NCBI GenBank assembly: GCA_028698185.1 | Contig: JAQVDW010000017.1 | Coordinates: 1-32,000, forward strand | DNA length: 32,000 bases | Source of the DNA: Erysipelotrichaceae bacterium | Lineage (GTDB): Bacteria > Bacillota_I > Bacilli_A > Erysipelotrichales > Coprobacillaceae | Direction: 5' to 3' | Part shown: piece by piece, positions 1-7,533 of the stretch | How the letters are laid out: every line of letters begins with the position of its first letter | How positions within the stretch are numbered: position 1 is the first letter of the stretch | Translations under genes and position numbers: made by a program | The notes under the pieces: model-generated | Told to the model about the DNA's origin: nothing | The model's database searches: none | What the model saw: only the letters and a program-made list of their open reading frames with translations

Positions 1-600
1 AGGTTTCAAAAAAGGCATCAAAGAAAACTTCAAAAACAGCAATACAGTTATCGACAAATTCCATGTAGTAAAACACGCAAATGAAGCAGTAGATAAAGTC
101 CGTAAAGAGGAAGTTAAAACCAATTCCCTCTTAAAGAAAACCAAATATATCTGGCTGAAAAATGACAATAACCTGACCGAATACCAAAAGAATAAAAAAT
201 TCACTTTATCCAAATTAAATTTGAAGACATCCAGGGCATACAATATGCGCCTTGCACTTCAAGGTATATATGAATCATGCGCTACAGTCGAACAAGCCAA
301 AGAGGGACTTAAAAAGCTGTGTTCTTGGATGATGCATTCACGACTTGAACCGATGAAGGCATTTGCGAAGACAATACGTAATCATTGGGAGGAAATTCTC
401 AATTATTTCAGGTTCAGATACACCAATGCAATCCTGGAAGGGATGAACAGCATCATTCAAAATATCAAAACCAGGGCAATAGGGTTCCGTAACGATGAAT
501 ACTTCAAAACGTTGATATATTTGGTGTGTGGAAAGCTTAAGCTCGAGTCTGTTGCCAAGATGGGCTAAAAATGCTTACCCACACTAAATAGCGAAGCGCC
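1..600 (+). mobile_element. Right-hand portion of an ISL3-family insertion sequence; putative terminus near 600
   Basis: It contains the transposase 3' end. The reverse complement of 573-600 reads GGCGCTTCGCTATTTAGTGTGGGTAAGC, which resembles the GGCTCTT-type terminal inverted repeats I recall for ISL3 elements. The left end is not in the window, so the boundary is unverified. Confidence 0.45.
2..568 (+). CDS. ISL3-family transposase, C-terminal part (5' end outside the window)
   Basis: The frame is open from nt 2 with no stop until TAA at 566-568. The track ORF at 221 merely begins at an internal TTG. The translation (VIDKFHVVKHANEAVDKVRKEE...KYIWLKNDNNLT...RAYNMRLALQGIY...FRYTNAILEGMNSIIQNIKTRAIGFRN) matches the conserved C-terminal half of ISL3 / DDE_Tnp_ISL3 transposases as I remember them. 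Confidence 0.85.
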   Translation, partial: GFKKGIKENFKNSNTVIDKFHVVKHANEAVDKVRKEEVKTNSLLKKTKYIWLKNDNNLTEYQKNKKFTLSKLNLKTSRAYNMRLALQGIYESCATVEQAKEGLKKLCSWMMHSRLEPMKAFAKTIRNHWEEILNYFRFRYTNAILEGMNSIIQNIKTRAIGFRNDEYFKTLIYLVCGKLKLESVAKMG

Positions 601-643
601 TTATTTTTCAATTGAATTGTTATAACTATGAGAGGGTGGAGAT

Positions 644-1135
644 ATGAGAAATGACGATTTCGAAGTGGTATATAATATGTATTACCAACAGTTGTTTTTG
701 TATGCTCGATCCCTCACTAGCAATAAAGAAGATGCAAAGGATGTTCTGGCAAACGCGTTTGTTAAAGCATACTTGAGTTTTAGCGGCGGAAACGTTAGGG
801 CCTGGTTGTATAAAGTGGTAAGAAATGAATGTTATAATCTATACAGGGAAAAGAAGCATGAAATCAATCTCGATGTCTCCCTGATTGAGCTGATGGGATC
901 AGAAGATTCCATTTTGGGAAAAATCATTACCGATGAAAAGAAGGCGTGGCTGTACAAAAAGATATTGGAATTGAAGCCCCGTGATCGTGAAATCATGTTG
1001 CTGAGCCTTAAAAATGAGCTGACCGACAAAGAAATATCTATCATTACCAATGTTAGTCTAGAAAATGTAAGAGTTATAAAACATAGAGTGAAAATGCATT
1101 TAATGGAAAATGCTAAGGAGGATTACCATGAATGA
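644..1135 (+). CDS. ECF-type RNA polymerase sigma-70 family factor (163 aa)
   Basis: The SD GGGTGGAG lies 5-6 nt upstream of the ATG. The size and a region-2-like segment (AKDVLANAFVKAY...VRAWLYKVVRNECYNLYRE) fit ECF sigma factors. So does a region-4 helix-turn-helix segment (LKPRDREIMLLSL..LTDKEISIITNVSLENVRVIKHRVKMHL). Confidence 0.85.
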   Translation: MRNDDFEVVYNMYYQQLFLYARSLTSNKEDAKDVLANAFVKAYLSFSGGNVRAWLYKVVRNECYNLYREKKHEINLDVSLIELMGSEDSILGKIITDEKKAWLYKKILELKPRDREIMLLSLKNELTDKEISIITNVSLENVRVIKHRVKMHLMENAKEDYHE

Positions 1136-2213
1136 TGAAGACTTAAAAGAATTGTTCGAGCATGAAGACTGGGACGATAATGAGTTTATAGAGATTGAAA
1201 AACAAATCAGGCGAGGAATAAATCGTCGAATTTATACTCGAGTTATTGCAGTTGTGTTGATCATTTCTATAATTGTATCGGCAGGCTATTTCGGGACTTC
1301 CTATGGTCTAAACCTCGTAAATTATAATCCTGAGGATGAAACGGGATTGGTAATTCCAGATGAAGGAATTAACGGTTTTAATATGATGACCGGACTATAT
1401 CTTAGCATGTATTACCCTGGGATCATTTACTATGGGATCGACTATAGCGGACAGGGATTTGGTAAATATGAAATTGATGCAAAAATTCAATCGGCTTTTT
1501 CGAATTTGTATGTTGATGGAATTTCCTCGGCGACTCTTTCAATTAACCGTTCATCCTTGCACATTGACAGTTATTATGATCATCTCCTCAGCAGAGTTGT
1601 GGGCGAATACCACGACGAATCAATTGCGGACATTTACGATTATGTAACTGATTATGATCTTGTCGATATTGAAGAATTGCCTGAATCGGCGATAATAGAC
1701 GTATCTCTTAGTTTTATGAATACGTTGTCTGCTCGTGATGCAATTGAATTTGTAAAAAAGTATGATGATTCTACATTCGTCTGGCTGGCAACGAGCATAG
1801 ATGATAGCAATCAAATTGCCTATGGTATTGCAGAAGGTATATCACTTTATGACGGGGTGCGCTATGATTTGAGCGAAGCAGTCAGCAAAGATTATCCTGG
1901 AATATATTTGGATTATGATTATACTGCTTCTGATGTATTGGAAAGTTATCTTTCTAGGATTAAGCTGCTTTTGGATCATAAGGATTTTCTAAATGTGATT
2001 AATTCGTTTTTCTCTAACGAAAATATTAATGACAACGCAATTAAAAGGTACGAGGATTTATCCGCGCGGTATGATGACGTGTTGGAAAATGGTATCTCCT
2101 GTATTGGCGTTCGAGGGTACGTGAAAAAACAGGATCTTCTTACTATGATTGATAGCAATGAGTTATATGGAATGTATATTAATGATGTTAAATTATCTGC
2201 CCTTCAGAGATAA
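1128..2213 (+). CDS. Putative single-pass anti-sigma factor with a large extracytoplasmic domain
   Basis: I take the ATG at 1128, preceded by AAGGAGG (1115-1121), rather than the track start at 1110. It overlaps the sigma stop (ATGAATGA). It has a short acidic N-terminal cytoplasmic segment. One hydrophobic helix (IYTRVIAVVLIISIIVSAGYF) follows, then about 300 aa with many Tyr, Asp and Ser residues. The architecture and coupling to the sigma gene are typical of anti-sigma factors. The domain family (sigma-factor-regulator N/C type) is only suspected. Confidence 0.6.
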   Translation: MNDEDLKELFEHEDWDDNEFIEIEKQIRRGINRRIYTRVIAVVLIISIIVSAGYFGTSYGLNLVNYNPEDETGLVIPDEGINGFNMMTGLYLSMYYPGIIYYGIDYSGQGFGKYEIDAKIQSAFSNLYVDGISSATLSINRSSLHIDSYYDHLLSRVVGEYHDESIADIYDYVTDYDLVDIEELPESAIIDVSLSFMNTLSARDAIEFVKKYDDSTFVWLATSIDDSNQIAYGIAEGISLYDGVRYDLSEAVSKDYPGIYLDYDYTASDVLESYLSRIKLLLDHKDFLNVINSFFSNENINDNAIKRYEDLSARYDDVLENGISCIGVRGYVKKQDLLTMIDSNELYGMYINDVKLSALQR

Positions 2214-2238
2214 GCATATTTCTTTAAGGATAACAAAG

Positions 2239-2277
2239 AGTCGAACCTTTATTTCTGTTAGAAAGGTTCGACTTTAT
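2239..2277 (+). terminator. Intrinsic terminator after the sigma/anti-sigma operon
   Basis: A perfect 12-bp stem pairs AGTCGAACCTTT (2239-2250) with AAAGGTTCGACT (2262-2273). The loop is 11 nt and a short T-rich tail (TTAT) follows. Confidence 0.65.
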
Positions 2278-2356
2278 CGCTAGGATTGGCATTGATATTT
2301 TACTAAGAATTATTACAGTTCAGAAGATCCGCCAGTGGGTATCCTTTTGAAAATAC

Positions 2357-2378
2357 AAAAAAACCGCTTATTAAGCGG
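2357..2378 (-). terminator. Intrinsic terminator downstream of the tRNA-Glu/tRNA-Trp unit
   Basis: On the minus strand, the stem CCGCTT/AAGCGG (2364-2369 / 2373-2378) is followed by a run of 7 U (A-run 2357-2363 on the plus strand). Confidence 0.6.
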
Positions 2379-2391
2379 ATAAGTTTTAAAA

Positions 2392-2465
2392 TGGCAGGGG
2401 CGGCAGGAGTCGAACCCGCATCAACGGTTTTGGAGACCGGTATTCTACCATTGAACTACGCCCCT
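2392..2465 (-). tRNA. trnW: tRNA-Trp (anticodon CCA), CCA end encoded
   Basis: The reverse complement AGGGGCGTAGTTCAATGGTAGAATACCGGTCTCCAAAACCGTTGATGCGGGTTCGACTCCTGCCGCCCCTGCCA folds as a cloverleaf. It has a 7-bp acceptor stem, anticodon loop CTCCAAA, T-loop TTCGACT and 74 nt in total. Confidence 0.95.
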
Positions 2466-2472
2466 ATTTAAT

Positions 2473-2548
2473 TGGTGACCCGTACGGGATTCGAACCCGT
2501 GAATGCATGCGTGAAAGGCATGTGAGTTAACCGTTTCTCCAACGGGCC
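2473..2548 (-). tRNA. trnE: tRNA-Glu (anticodon UUC), CCA end encoded
   Basis: The reverse complement is GGCCCGTTGGAGAAACGGTTAACTCACATGCCTTTCACGCATGCATTCACGGGTTCGAATCCCGTACGGGTCACCA. Its anticodon stem is CATGC/GCATG with loop CTTTCAC. The acceptor and T arm are almost identical to the Bacillus tRNA-Glu I remember. Confidence 0.95.
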
Positions 2549-2567
2549 AATTTGCAAGTGCTCATAC

Positions 2568-2596
2568 ATATTAACATGCTTATTCACACTTGTAAA
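2568..2596 (-). promoter_or_regulatory. Sigma-A-type promoter for the tRNA-Glu/Trp unit
   Basis: On the minus strand: TTTACA (2596-2591), a 17-nt spacer, then TAATAT (2573-2568). This lies about 20 nt upstream of the tRNA-Glu 5' end. Confidence 0.5.
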
Positions 2597-2839
2597 GGTT
2601 TTTTTGGAATAAAATTCATAAATTTTAATGGAACACTTGTTTGTTGAAGAGTATAAAATTTTAGTGATGGCAATTTTGTCGAATCCAGCTTGATATTTTC
2701 AAATAAAGATATTTACGGCTGAATTTTCAATTAGGAAATTATCCATGATAAATCTGCCGTTGTTCAATTATATATTTTACAAATCATAATTTATGCTGGA
2801 TTTTTTTACAATAATTGGTAGAAAATAAACTGATTTATT

Positions 2840-2868
2840 TTGATTTTATCGATTATTTATGTAATAAT
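2840..2868 (+). promoter_or_regulatory. Candidate promoter of the ABC-F gene
   Basis: TTGATT (2840-2845), a 17-nt spacer ending in TGT (extended -10 TG), then AATAAT (2863-2868). It lies about 30 nt upstream of the SD AAGGAG. Confidence 0.4.
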
Positions 2869-2900
2869 ACCTTAGAATATAATTACTAAGGAGATAATTA

Positions 2901-4502
2901 ATGATATTAACACAAAACGTAACACTAAGATATGGAGATCGGGCATTATTTGAAAACGTATCAGTGAAATTCACGGCAGGGAACTGCTATGGGATCATTG
3001 GTGCCAACGGTGCCGGGAAATCGACATTCTTGAAAATATTATCTGGTGAAATTGAACCGAACAAAGGTGATGTTGTCATTGAAGCTGGCAAACGATTGTC
3101 ATTCTTGAAACAGGACCATTTCGCTTATGATGAGTTTGAAGTAGTGAAGACTGTTATCATGGGGAATAAAACCCTTTATGATATCATGGAGCAAAAGGAA
3201 GTTCTTTATGCCAAAGCTGACTTCACTGACGAAGATGGAATCAAATTGGCCGAACTTGAAGGTGAATTTGCGGAGATGGATGGATGGAATGCCGAAGTTG
3301 ATGCCGAAATCCTGCTTAATGGTTTGGGGATCACCAGCGAATATCATTACATGAAAATGAAAGATCTTGATGGATCACAAAAGGTGAAAGTCCTGTTGGC
3401 TCAGGCTCTGTTTGGAAATCCGGACATCCTGCTGCTCGACGAGCCGACCAACCACTTGGATCTTGATAGCATCCGCTGGCTGGAAAACTACCTGCTTAAC
3501 TTCCAAAATACCGTCATTGTTGTATCCCATGACCGCCACTTCCTGAACAAGGTTTGTACCCATATCGCGGATATCGATTATTCGAAAATCCAGCTTTATG
3601 TAGGGAACTACGATTTCTGGTATGAGTACATGCAGATGCAGGCAGCTCAGGCCAAGGAAATAAACAAAAAAGCGGAAGCTAAGAAAAAGGAATTGGAAGA
3701 TTTCATCGCCCGTTTCTCGGCCAACGCTTCAAAAGCAAAACAGGCGACTTCAAGAAAGAAATTGCTGGACAACCTGGAAGTTGTCGAATATAAACCATCA
3801 CTGCGCCGTTACCCGTTTATCGAGTTCAAAGCGGAACGTGAAGTTGGAAACATCATCCTGAACGTTGAAAATCTGACCAAAGTTGAAGATGGCCAAACCA
3901 TCATCAACAATGTCTCTTTCTCGATCAATCCAAAAGAAAAAGTTGCCTTTGTCGGTGACGAAAAAGCGACAACCGCTTTTTTCAAGATCATCACAGGTGA
4001 GGATACCGATTTTGAAGGAAGCTTCAACTGGGGTGTTACTACATCACAGTCATATTTCCCTAAAGACAACTCGAAATACTTCAATGACTGTGAGCTTACC
4101 CTGATCGACTGGCTCCGTCAGTTCGCAAACAAGGATATGTACGAGCAGGATCTGCGTGGCTGGCTGGGAAGGATGCTTTTCAGGGGTGATGAGGCCCTGA
4201 AAAAAGCCAATGTCCTTTCCGGAGGCGAAAAGGTACGCTGCATGCTGGCCAAGATGATGATGAGCGAAGCCAATGTCATCATCCTTGATGAACCGACCAA
4301 CCACTTGGATTTGGAAAGCATCCAGGCCTTGAATGAGGGGTTGATCCGTTTCAAGGAAAACATGCTGTTCACTTCTCATGACCACCAGTTCGTCCAAACA
4401 ATTGCCAACCGCGTCATCGAATTCAATGACGATGGAATCTTGGACCGTCTGGGAACTTTCGATGAATATCTTGACTACAAGGATCAGTTGAAAAAGAAAT
4501 GA
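2901..4502 (+). CDS. ykpA: ABC-F family ATPase (two NBDs, no TMD), YkpA/YbiT-like translation factor
   Basis: NBD1 has Walker A GANGAGKST and Walker B ILLLDEPTNHLD. The inter-domain linker is KKAEAKKKELEDFIARFSANASKAKQATSRKKLL. NBD2 has signature LSGGEKVR and Walker B VIILDEPTNHLD. Long stretches (VIVVSHDRHFLNKVCTHIADID, WGVTTSQSYFPKDNS, MLFTSHDHQFVQTIANR) match B. subtilis YkpA as I recall it. Confidence 0.9.
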   Translation: MILTQNVTLRYGDRALFENVSVKFTAGNCYGIIGANGAGKSTFLKILSGEIEPNKGDVVIEAGKRLSFLKQDHFAYDEFEVVKTVIMGNKTLYDIMEQKEVLYAKADFTDEDGIKLAELEGEFAEMDGWNAEVDAEILLNGLGITSEYHYMKMKDLDGSQKVKVLLAQALFGNPDILLLDEPTNHLDLDSIRWLENYLLNFQNTVIVVSHDRHFLNKVCTHIADIDYSKIQLYVGNYDFWYEYMQMQAAQAKEINKKAEAKKKELEDFIARFSANASKAKQATSRKKLLDNLEVVEYKPSLRRYPFIEFKAEREVGNIILNVENLTKVEDGQTIINNVSFSINPKEKVAFVGDEKATTAFFKIITGEDTDFEGSFNWGVTTSQSYFPKDNSKYFNDCELTLIDWLRQFANKDMYEQDLRGWLGRMLFRGDEALKKANVLSGGEKVRCMLAKMMMSEANVIILDEPTNHLDLESIQALNEGLIRFKENMLFTSHDHQFVQTIANRVIEFNDDGILDRLGTFDEYLDYKDQLKKK

Positions 4503-4511
4503 TGACACTAA

Positions 4512-4536
4512 GCCAACCATTGCGGTTGGTTTTTTT
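4512..4536 (+). terminator. Intrinsic terminator after the ABC-F gene
   Basis: The stem CCAACC/GGTTGG (4513-4518 / 4524-4529) has loop ATTGC and is followed by a 7-T run (4530-4536). Confidence 0.8.
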
Positions 4537-4606
4537 GTCGATTCCAGGGGGATAATTTTCCGGGGTGTAAACCCTTACATTTTTACTATAAATTGTCCAG
4601 TATATG

Positions 4607-4615
4607 TGGTAGAAT
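4607..4615 (+). promoter_or_regulatory. Extended -10 element (TGgTAGAAT) upstream of the EF-G-like gene
   Basis: TG at 4607-4608 and TAGAAT at 4610-4615. No good -35 at 17 nt. It lies about 20 nt upstream of the SD AAGGAGG. Confidence 0.35.
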
Positions 4616-4646
4616 GGAGATATAGAAAATCAAGGAGGATTTTGTT

Positions 4647-6635
4647 ATGAATTCTAAAAATATCACAAATGTTGTTGTATTGGGGCACAGCGGTTCTGGA
4701 AAAACAAGCATAATCGAAAATATGGCTTATCGGGCCAAATTGATCGACCAGCCCGGCAGCGTCCTGAAGGGGAATACGATTTTAGATACAGATCCTTTGG
4801 AAATCGATCATCTTGCTACAAACAGCCTGAAAACCATCGCCATCGAGTGGAACGATGTCAAGCTGAATATCTTCGACACTCCGGGCTATTTCGATTTCGA
4901 AGGTGATGTCGATTCAGCGATAAACGTCTGTGAAAACGCCCTGATTGTCACCACGGCCCAGCCAACTGTCAACGTAGGCTTGAAAAAGGCGATGAACAAG
5001 GCGAAACATCTCCCTAAAATCATCTACATCTCACATCTAGACAACGAGAACTATTCGTACAAGGACAAACTTGCTGCCCTGAAATCCACCTTTGGCAAGG
5101 ATATCGCGCCAATCCAGGTACCGATAATGGAAGATAACGTCATGGTTGGCTATGTCAATGTTGCCAAAATGGAAGGTCGGATGTTCGACGGCGACCATAC
5201 CATCGAGGTTCCCATTCCCGAGGCTATGCTCGACGAAGTGCTGGAAATCAAGGAGATGATCGACGAGGCGGTGGGAAACACATCGGATGAATTGCTTGAA
5301 AAATACTTTTCGGATGACGACTTCACCAAGGAAGAGATCTCGGATGCCCTGCGCAAGGGGGTAATGGAAAAAACGATCATTCCGGTGCTTTGCGGGACCG
5401 ACAAGATCGGGATTTCGATTGTCCTGAATTCGATGGTGGCTTTTTTCACCCGGATCGACGACTACTCCAACCATCTGGTCGTCGGCGAGGATCTGATCGA
5501 CTACGATGACTCAAAACCGACCAGCCTTTACATATACAAGACCAAATACGATCCATATCTAGGCAAACTTTCGTATTTCAAGGTTTTGGCCGGGGTGGTC
5601 AGACCGGGTCAGGTTTTGATCAACCATATCGACCAGGGGGAAGAGAAAGTCAACAAGATCTTCGTAAACAAGGGCAAAGGGCTCGAGGAGGTCAGCGAAA
5701 TCCATGCCGGGGATGTCGGAATACTAAACAAGATTACGAGTGACACCAATGACACATTGTCGCAAGGTGACAAGTTCATCGACCACCCCCATATCGTCTA
5801 TCGCAACCCAAACTACATCAAAGGGGTCAAGACCCTTTCGAATGAGGACAAATTCAATGCGGCCATCACCAAGCTTCTTGAAGAGGATCTTACTCTTAAC
5901 TACAAGTTCAATACCGAAACCAGCCAGCTGTGCCTGTCAGGTCTAGGGAAGGTCCATCTGGACACCGTCAAGGAACATCTTTTCGACCGGTTCAAGGTTG
6001 AAATCGAATTCGAGGAACTGGTGATTCCGTTCCGGTCGACCATCGACGGCAGCGCGAGCCATCGCCACCGCTTCAAGAAACAATCAGGAGGTCATGGGCA
6101 GTTCGCCGAAGTGGAAATCGAATTCAGTCCAAGCAATGATTTTGACACTCCATTGATATTCGAAGAGAAAGTGGTCGGCGGAGCGATTCCAAAGACATAC
6201 TTCTCTGCCGTGGAAAAAGGACTCAACGAAGCATGCGTCAAGGGTCCAATCGAGAATTATCTTCTTGTGGGCGTCAATGCGGTGCTCGTGGACGGGAAAT
6301 ACCATTCAGTCGATTCGAGCGAAATGGCCTTCAAGACAGCCAGCTACAACTGTCTGAAAGAGGCACTGGCCAAGTTGAAACCATACGTCCTAGAACCATA
6401 CTATCAGATGAATGTGTATGTCGAAGAAAACTACTTGGGCGATGTCATGTCCGATCTGCAGGGGCGCAAGGCCCTGATCGAGGCTACCGATTCCCTGGAG
6501 GACAACCTCATCCTGATCAAGGCCACAGCTCCGCTTCGGCTCATCACTGAATATGCCGTTGATCTTAAAACCCTGACCCAGGCGGAAGGATTTTTCACGA
6601 TGAAGTATTTGGAGTACCGCCGCTTAATAAAATAG
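4647..6635 (+). CDS. Elongation factor G paralogue (EF-G2-like translational GTPase), 662 aa
   Basis: It has G1 GHSGSGKT and G3 DTPGYFDF. EF-G domain IV/V hallmarks are present: FKKQSGGHGQFAEVEIEF, GGAIPKTYFSAVEKG, DGKYHSVDSSEMAFKTA, LEPYYQMNVYV, GDVMSDLQGRKALI. The G1 and G3 forms resemble Thermus EF-G-2 (GHAGSGKT / DAPGYGDF) as I recall it, rather than canonical EF-G (AHVDAGKT / DTPGHVDF). Confidence 0.85.
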   Translation: MNSKNITNVVVLGHSGSGKTSIIENMAYRAKLIDQPGSVLKGNTILDTDPLEIDHLATNSLKTIAIEWNDVKLNIFDTPGYFDFEGDVDSAINVCENALIVTTAQPTVNVGLKKAMNKAKHLPKIIYISHLDNENYSYKDKLAALKSTFGKDIAPIQVPIMEDNVMVGYVNVAKMEGRMFDGDHTIEVPIPEAMLDEVLEIKEMIDEAVGNTSDELLEKYFSDDDFTKEEISDALRKGVMEKTIIPVLCGTDKIGISIVLNSMVAFFTRIDDYSNHLVVGEDLIDYDDSKPTSLYIYKTKYDPYLGKLSYFKVLAGVVRPGQVLINHIDQGEEKVNKIFVNKGKGLEEVSEIHAGDVGILNKITSDTNDTLSQGDKFIDHPHIVYRNPNYIKGVKTLSNEDKFNAAITKLLEEDLTLNYKFNTETSQLCLSGLGKVHLDTVKEHLFDRFKVEIEFEELVIPFRSTIDGSASHRHRFKKQSGGHGQFAEVEIEFSPSNDFDTPLIFEEKVVGGAIPKTYFSAVEKGLNEACVKGPIENYLLVGVNAVLVDGKYHSVDSSEMAFKTASYNCLKEALAKLKPYVLEPYYQMNVYVEENYLGDVMSDLQGRKALIEATDSLEDNLILIKATAPLRLITEYAVDLKTLTQAEGFFTMKYLEYRRLIK

Positions 6636-6664
6636 TTGAAAAGATTTGCTTAATTTGATAATAT
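6636..6664 (+). promoter_or_regulatory. Near-consensus sigma-A promoter of the dap operon
   Basis: TTGAAA (6636-6641), a 17-nt spacer ending in TGA (extended -10 TG), then TAATAT (6659-6664). This leaves a 5' UTR of only about 15-20 nt before the SD GGAGGA and the dapF ATG. Confidence 0.55.
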
Positions 6665-6686
6665 TTAGTCACTGGAGGAAGATTGT

Positions 6687-7523
6687 ATGCAAATTAAATT
6701 CACAAAGATGGAAGGGATTGGGAATGATTACATCTATATCGATGGCATCAACCAGGACTTTCAAATCAACGAGAACATCATCAAAAAGATATCAAAACGT
6801 CATTTTGGTATCGGCAGCGATGGTGTGATCATTATTCGACCTTCTAGTGACTGCGATTTTCTGATGGAAATGTACAACGCCGATGGATCAATGGGGAAAA
6901 TGTGCGGCAACGGAATCCGCTGTTTCGCAAAATTCTGCTATGACCATAAGCTGACCGACAAGACCCATCTGGTAATTGAAACAGGAGCGGGGATCCGCGA
7001 AGTCGATCTGATACTTGATGATGGCATTGTCATCGGGGCGAGAGTCGACATGCAAAAACCGATCCTGACCTGTTCGAAAATTCCGGTTGTCTGCCAGGAA
7101 GAGGAAATGATCGACGAACATGTCAAAATCGGTGACAATGTCTATGGCCTTACCGCCATCTCAATGGGAAATCCCCATGTCGTGACTTTCGTAGGCAGTC
7201 TGGACTTTGATCTGGAAAAAGTCGGACCGGAATTTGAAAACCATCCGATGTTCCCTGAATCGGTCAACGCCGAATTCGTCCAGATCGTTTCTAGATCCAA
7301 GTTGAAAATGCGGGTTTGGGAGAGAGGTTCTCATGAAACTTTGGCTTGCGGGACCGGAGCCTGTGCGGTCATGTATGCCGCTTATCTAAATGGCTACGTT
7401 GATGAAGTGGTCGATGTTGAGCTTCTGGGGGGAACCTTGAAGATCGAATACGACAAACAAACCGGTCATATTTTTATGACAGGAGATGCGACGACTGTTT
7501 TTGAAGGAACAGTTGAATTTTAG
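6687..7523 (+). CDS. dapF: Diaminopimelate epimerase
   Basis: The N-terminus is [19 protein letters not shown]. Both catalytic cysteine motifs are present (MCGNGIRCF and LACGTGACA). Length is 278 aa. Confidence 0.92.
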   Translation: MQIKFTKMEGIGNDYIYIDGINQDFQINENIIKKISKRHFGIGSDGVIIIRPSSDCDFLMEMYNADGSMGKMCGNGIRCFAKFCYDHKLTDKTHLVIETGAGIREVDLILDDGIVIGARVDMQKPILTCSKIPVVCQEEEMIDEHVKIGDNVYGLTAISMGNPHVVTFVGSLDFDLEKVGPEFENHPMFPESVNAEFVQIVSRSKLKMRVWERGSHETLACGTGACAVMYAAYLNGYVDEVVDVELLGGTLKIEYDKQTGHIFMTGDATTVFEGTVEF

Positions 7524-7533
7524 GAGGAAAAAA

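Noticed and set aside
1110-1127. The ORF track gives N-terminal extensions for several genes: starts at 1110, 7486, 13478, 14367, 15043, 24827 (minus), 28269 (minus) and 30431.
   Set aside because: In most of these cases an internal ATG a few codons downstream has a proper Shine-Dalgarno at 6-10 nt and yields the canonical family N-terminus (for example MFKSGFVSIVGRPNVGKST for Era and MGILKRFSDI for PspA). The extensions overlap the preceding gene or lack an SD. For recO (14367 versus 14376) neither start has a clear SD and the choice of the ATG is arbitrary.
2392-2465. Possible alternative genetic code (UGA=Trp), as in Mollicutes-related lineages.
   Set aside because: The tRNA-Trp here has anticodon CCA, which reads UGG only. 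All recognisable genes are full length under the standard code, several with TGA as the terminal stop.
2901-4502. The ABC-F protein as an antibiotic-resistance (ARE) ribosome-protection factor, and the adjacent EF-G-like protein as a Tet(M)/Tet(O)-type protection protein, together forming a resistance island.
   Set aside because: The ABC-F sequence matches the housekeeping YkpA/YbiT subfamily over long stretches and lacks the extended ARE linker. The GTPase has EF-G-type domain IV motifs (KKQSGGHGQF, YHSVDSSEMAF) rather than Tet(M)-like sequence. The two genes are separated by a strong terminator and a separate promoter.
6636-6686. A lysine (L-box) riboswitch upstream of the dap operon.
   Set aside because: Only 51 nt lie between the EF-G2 stop and the dapF ATG, and a promoter and SD occupy most of them. 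There is no room for a riboswitch of about 180 nt.
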